In this document: positions 61,860 through 64,000 of the stretch, one piece after another
Layout: every line of letters starts with the position of its first letter
How positions within the stretch are numbered: position 1 is the stretch's first letter
Origin: Polyangiaceae bacterium
Lineage (GTDB): Bacteria > Myxococcota_A > Polyangia > Polyangiales > Polyangiaceae
Direction of reading: 5' to 3'
Assembly: GCA_965222375.1 (NCBI GenBank)
Contig: CBDCTZ010000016.1
Coordinates: 1,120,001-1,184,000, forward strand
Length of the DNA stretch: 64,000 nt
Position numbers and translations under genes: made by a program
The notes under the pieces: model-generated
Database searches by the model: none
What the model saw: only the letters and a program-made list of their open reading frames with translations
What the model was told of the DNA's origin: nothing

Positions 61860-63437
61860 ATGAGTAACGCAGAGGTCGCGCGCAGGAGGACCGTGGCAAC
61901 GCGCGTCTTGCTCGGGTTCACGTTGGTCGCGGTCCTATTCTCGGTGGTTGCTGGCTGGGGCGTGTTTGCTCTGCGCCGTGCGGCGGCGGATGCGGACTTG
62001 ATGCGCTCAGGCTACTTGCCGCTGTCTCTGGCGCTTCGGGACGTGGTTGCCAGTCAGGACACCTGGAATACCCAGCTGAACCACATCACGACGGCGCGGA
62101 ACCCGGCGGACAAACGGGTTTGGTTCGATACAGCAATGAGGATCGGTCGGCCGCGCATGTTCGGAGAAGTCCGTGCGGCCCTCGATCGCGCATTCATGTC
62201 ATCAGGAGACGAGAACTTGGTGCGCGTCGGCCGGGAGTTGACCACGGAAACTACCGGCATAGAAAGCTCGATGCGCGAGGATCGAGAGTTGCTGGCCAAG
62301 CTTTTTGATGCCCTGGCGTCCGGGGACACCGAAGCGGCAGAAGGCGCCCGGGACAAGCTGGTCACGCGGGGGGCCGAGGGGCGAAAACGTCTCAGCCAGC
62401 TGGAGCAACGGGTGCAGGGCAATCTGGATCTCCTATTGGACACAGCGCGGGCGCGTGAGCGCCTCGCGATCCAGCTCTTCATCGGCCTCGCCACCCTAGC
62501 GCTGCTGTTGGGGGTCGTGACCGCCCTCTACACGCGCCGCGTGCTGTCGCCGTTGGCGGCGGTGACGGAACGAGCCATGGCGGTTTCCCGAGGCGACTTG
62601 ACTCCGCGACCGGTGGTCGCCTCCAAGGACGAAATCGGCGAGCTAGCGCAAACCTTCGAAAACATGGTCACTGCCATTGCCCAAGCCAACGAGCAGCTGC
62701 TGGCGGCAGAGCGCTTGGCCACGATTGGAAAGATGGCCGCTCACGTCACCCACGAGATCCGCAACCCGCTGTCGTCAATTGCTCTGAACATCGAGCTACT
62801 TGAGGAAGAGGTGGCGGAACGAGCGGAGACGGAAGCCGAGGCACGGGCTCTTGTGCGAGCCATCAAGGGTGAAGTGGAGCGACTGACCGCGCTGTCCGAG
62901 CAATACCTGTCGATGGCGCGACAGAAGCCCCTGCGCCCAGAACAAGAAGACCTCAGCGTCATCGTCAGCGAAGCCTGCGAGTTCATGCGGCGAGACGTTC
63001 AACGCCATGGCGTGAGTATCGACCAGGACATCGAAGAGCCACTGCCCGCGGTCATGGCGGACGAAGCCCAGATCAAGCAGGCGCTCTACAACCTGATTCG
63101 CAACGCGCGAGAAGTGCTCGATACGGGTGGCACCATCGGTGTTAGGGTTGTGGCGGCAACCGGTGGTGGGGTCGATATCCTGGTCGAAGACGATGGGCCC
63201 GGCATCGACGCAGCCGCCCGGGAGCGGATTTTCGAGCCGTTTTTCACGACCAAGCATCAAGGGACGGGTTTGGGTTTGGCCATCACGCGCCAGATCATCG
63301 AGGCCCACGGCGGCACGATTGCGTGCGATGCCGCGGAGAGCGGTGGCACCCGATTCTGGATTCATTTGCCCGAAACCATCGCCGGAGATAGCGTGGAAAC
63401 ACCGGCCATCAATGCCCAAAGCACCACTGCCGGGTAG
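61860..63437 (+). CDS. Membrane HAMP-domain sensor histidine kinase
   Basis: Two TMs, DEIGELA HAMP, HEIRNPL, DDGPGI, FFTTK, GTGLGL. Confidence 0.92.
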   Translation: MSNAEVARRRTVATRVLLGFTLVAVLFSVVAGWGVFALRRAAADADLMRSGYLPLSLALRDVVASQDTWNTQLNHITTARNPADKRVWFDTAMRIGRPRMFGEVRAALDRAFMSSGDENLVRVGRELTTETTGIESSMREDRELLAKLFDALASGDTEAAEGARDKLVTRGAEGRKRLSQLEQRVQGNLDLLLDTARARERLAIQLFIGLATLALLLGVVTALYTRRVLSPLAAVTERAMAVSRGDLTPRPVVASKDEIGELAQTFENMVTAIAQANEQLLAAERLATIGKMAAHVTHEIRNPLSSIALNIELLEEEVAERAETEAEARALVRAIKGEVERLTALSEQYLSMARQKPLRPEQEDLSVIVSEACEFMRRDVQRHGVSIDQDIEEPLPAVMADEAQIKQALYNLIRNAREVLDTGGTIGVRVVAATGGGVDILVEDDGPGIDAAARERIFEPFFTTKHQGTGLGLAITRQIIEAHGGTIACDAAESGGTRFWIHLPETIAGDSVETPAINAQSTTAG

Positions 63438-63477
63438 TCCGGTGGCTTTCCGCTCGTCTCAGAGGTAAGGCACTCGG

Positions 63478-64000
63478 ATGGGGTTGCCCGTCACGGTCGC
63501 ACTGGCGAGCAGTAACGACGGAAAGCTGCTCGAGCTTCGTGCGCTGCTAGCCGAGCTTCCCATCGAGTTGGTGACCGTCGAGGACGTGTTGGGGAAGGCT
63601 TTCAGTGTGGTCGAAGACGCTGACACCCTCGAGGGTAATGCGATCATCAAGGCCCGTGCCGCGTGTCTGGCGACGGGCCTGCTCTGCGTAGCCGACGACA
63701 GCGGCCTGGAAGTGGATGCCCTAGATGGTCGCCCGGGGGTGAGATCCGCCCGCTTCGCCCACGAGCGAGCCACGGACGCCGAGAACAATGCTGCCCTGCT
63801 ACGGGACCTGGAGGATGCCGAAGAACAGGTGCGCAGCGCTCGCTTCCGTTGCGTTCTGGCGTTGGCGTCGCCGTGGGCCATCGACGACATCGAGACCGTG
63901 GAAGGGCGCGTCGAGGGCAGTATTGCGCGGGATCCGCGAGGTAGTGGTGGCTTCGGCTACGATCCTCTGTTCATCGTGGAGGGCCACCAAGGTCGCGCCA
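63478..64000 (+). CDS. rdgB: RdgB/HAM1 non-canonical purine NTP pyrophosphatase (runs off window)
   Basis: Not in the ORF track. ASSNDGKL, ADDSGLEVDALDGRPGVRSARF, GFGYDPLF. Confidence 0.93.
   Translation, partial: MGLPVTVALASSNDGKLLELRALLAELPIELVTVEDVLGKAFSVVEDADTLEGNAIIKARAACLATGLLCVADDSGLEVDALDGRPGVRSARFAHERATDAENNAALLRDLEDAEEQVRSARFRCVLALASPWAIDDIETVEGRVEGSIARDPRGSGGFGYDPLFIVEGHQGRA

Overview
GC-rich bacterial chromosome segment, most likely Myxococcota, order Polyangiales. This is an inference from Cys-rich and Gly/Ser-linker lipoproteins, FHA-rich genes and r-protein insertions. (1) 1-10.3 kb: partial MscS gene, CAP-domain remnant, FATP-type acyl-CoA synthetase, two paralogous alpha/beta-hydrolase-like proteins, a Cys-rich lipoprotein and a GT-C-like membrane protein. 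(2) 10.4-25.2 kb: a single-locus Tad/Flp pilus system with five prepilin-like genes, an FHA-fused CpaF ATPase, a second intact CpaF, two FHA-like membrane proteins and no CpaE/TadZ. It resembles the predatory Kil system and is the best candidate here for an undescribed system variant. (3) 25.3-54.5 kb: the str-S10-spc-alpha ribosomal supercluster. It lacks rplC and map, and has an atypical switch-I EF-Tu and a degenerate IF-1. It is split between rpsS and rplV by about 10.5 kb of accessory DNA: two hairpin repeat arrays, an N-terminally truncated MurE paralog, DUF4863, two toxin-antitoxin-like pairs, a frameshifted trypsin/FG-GAP lipoprotein and other lipoproteins. (4) 54.6-64 kb: hypothetical proteins, acylphosphatase, two histidine kinases flanking an Fe-S/CCG protein, and partial rdgB. 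I recognised no tRNA, rRNA, integrase, transposase, cas gene or CRISPR array. All calls come from reading motifs by eye; no database search was run.
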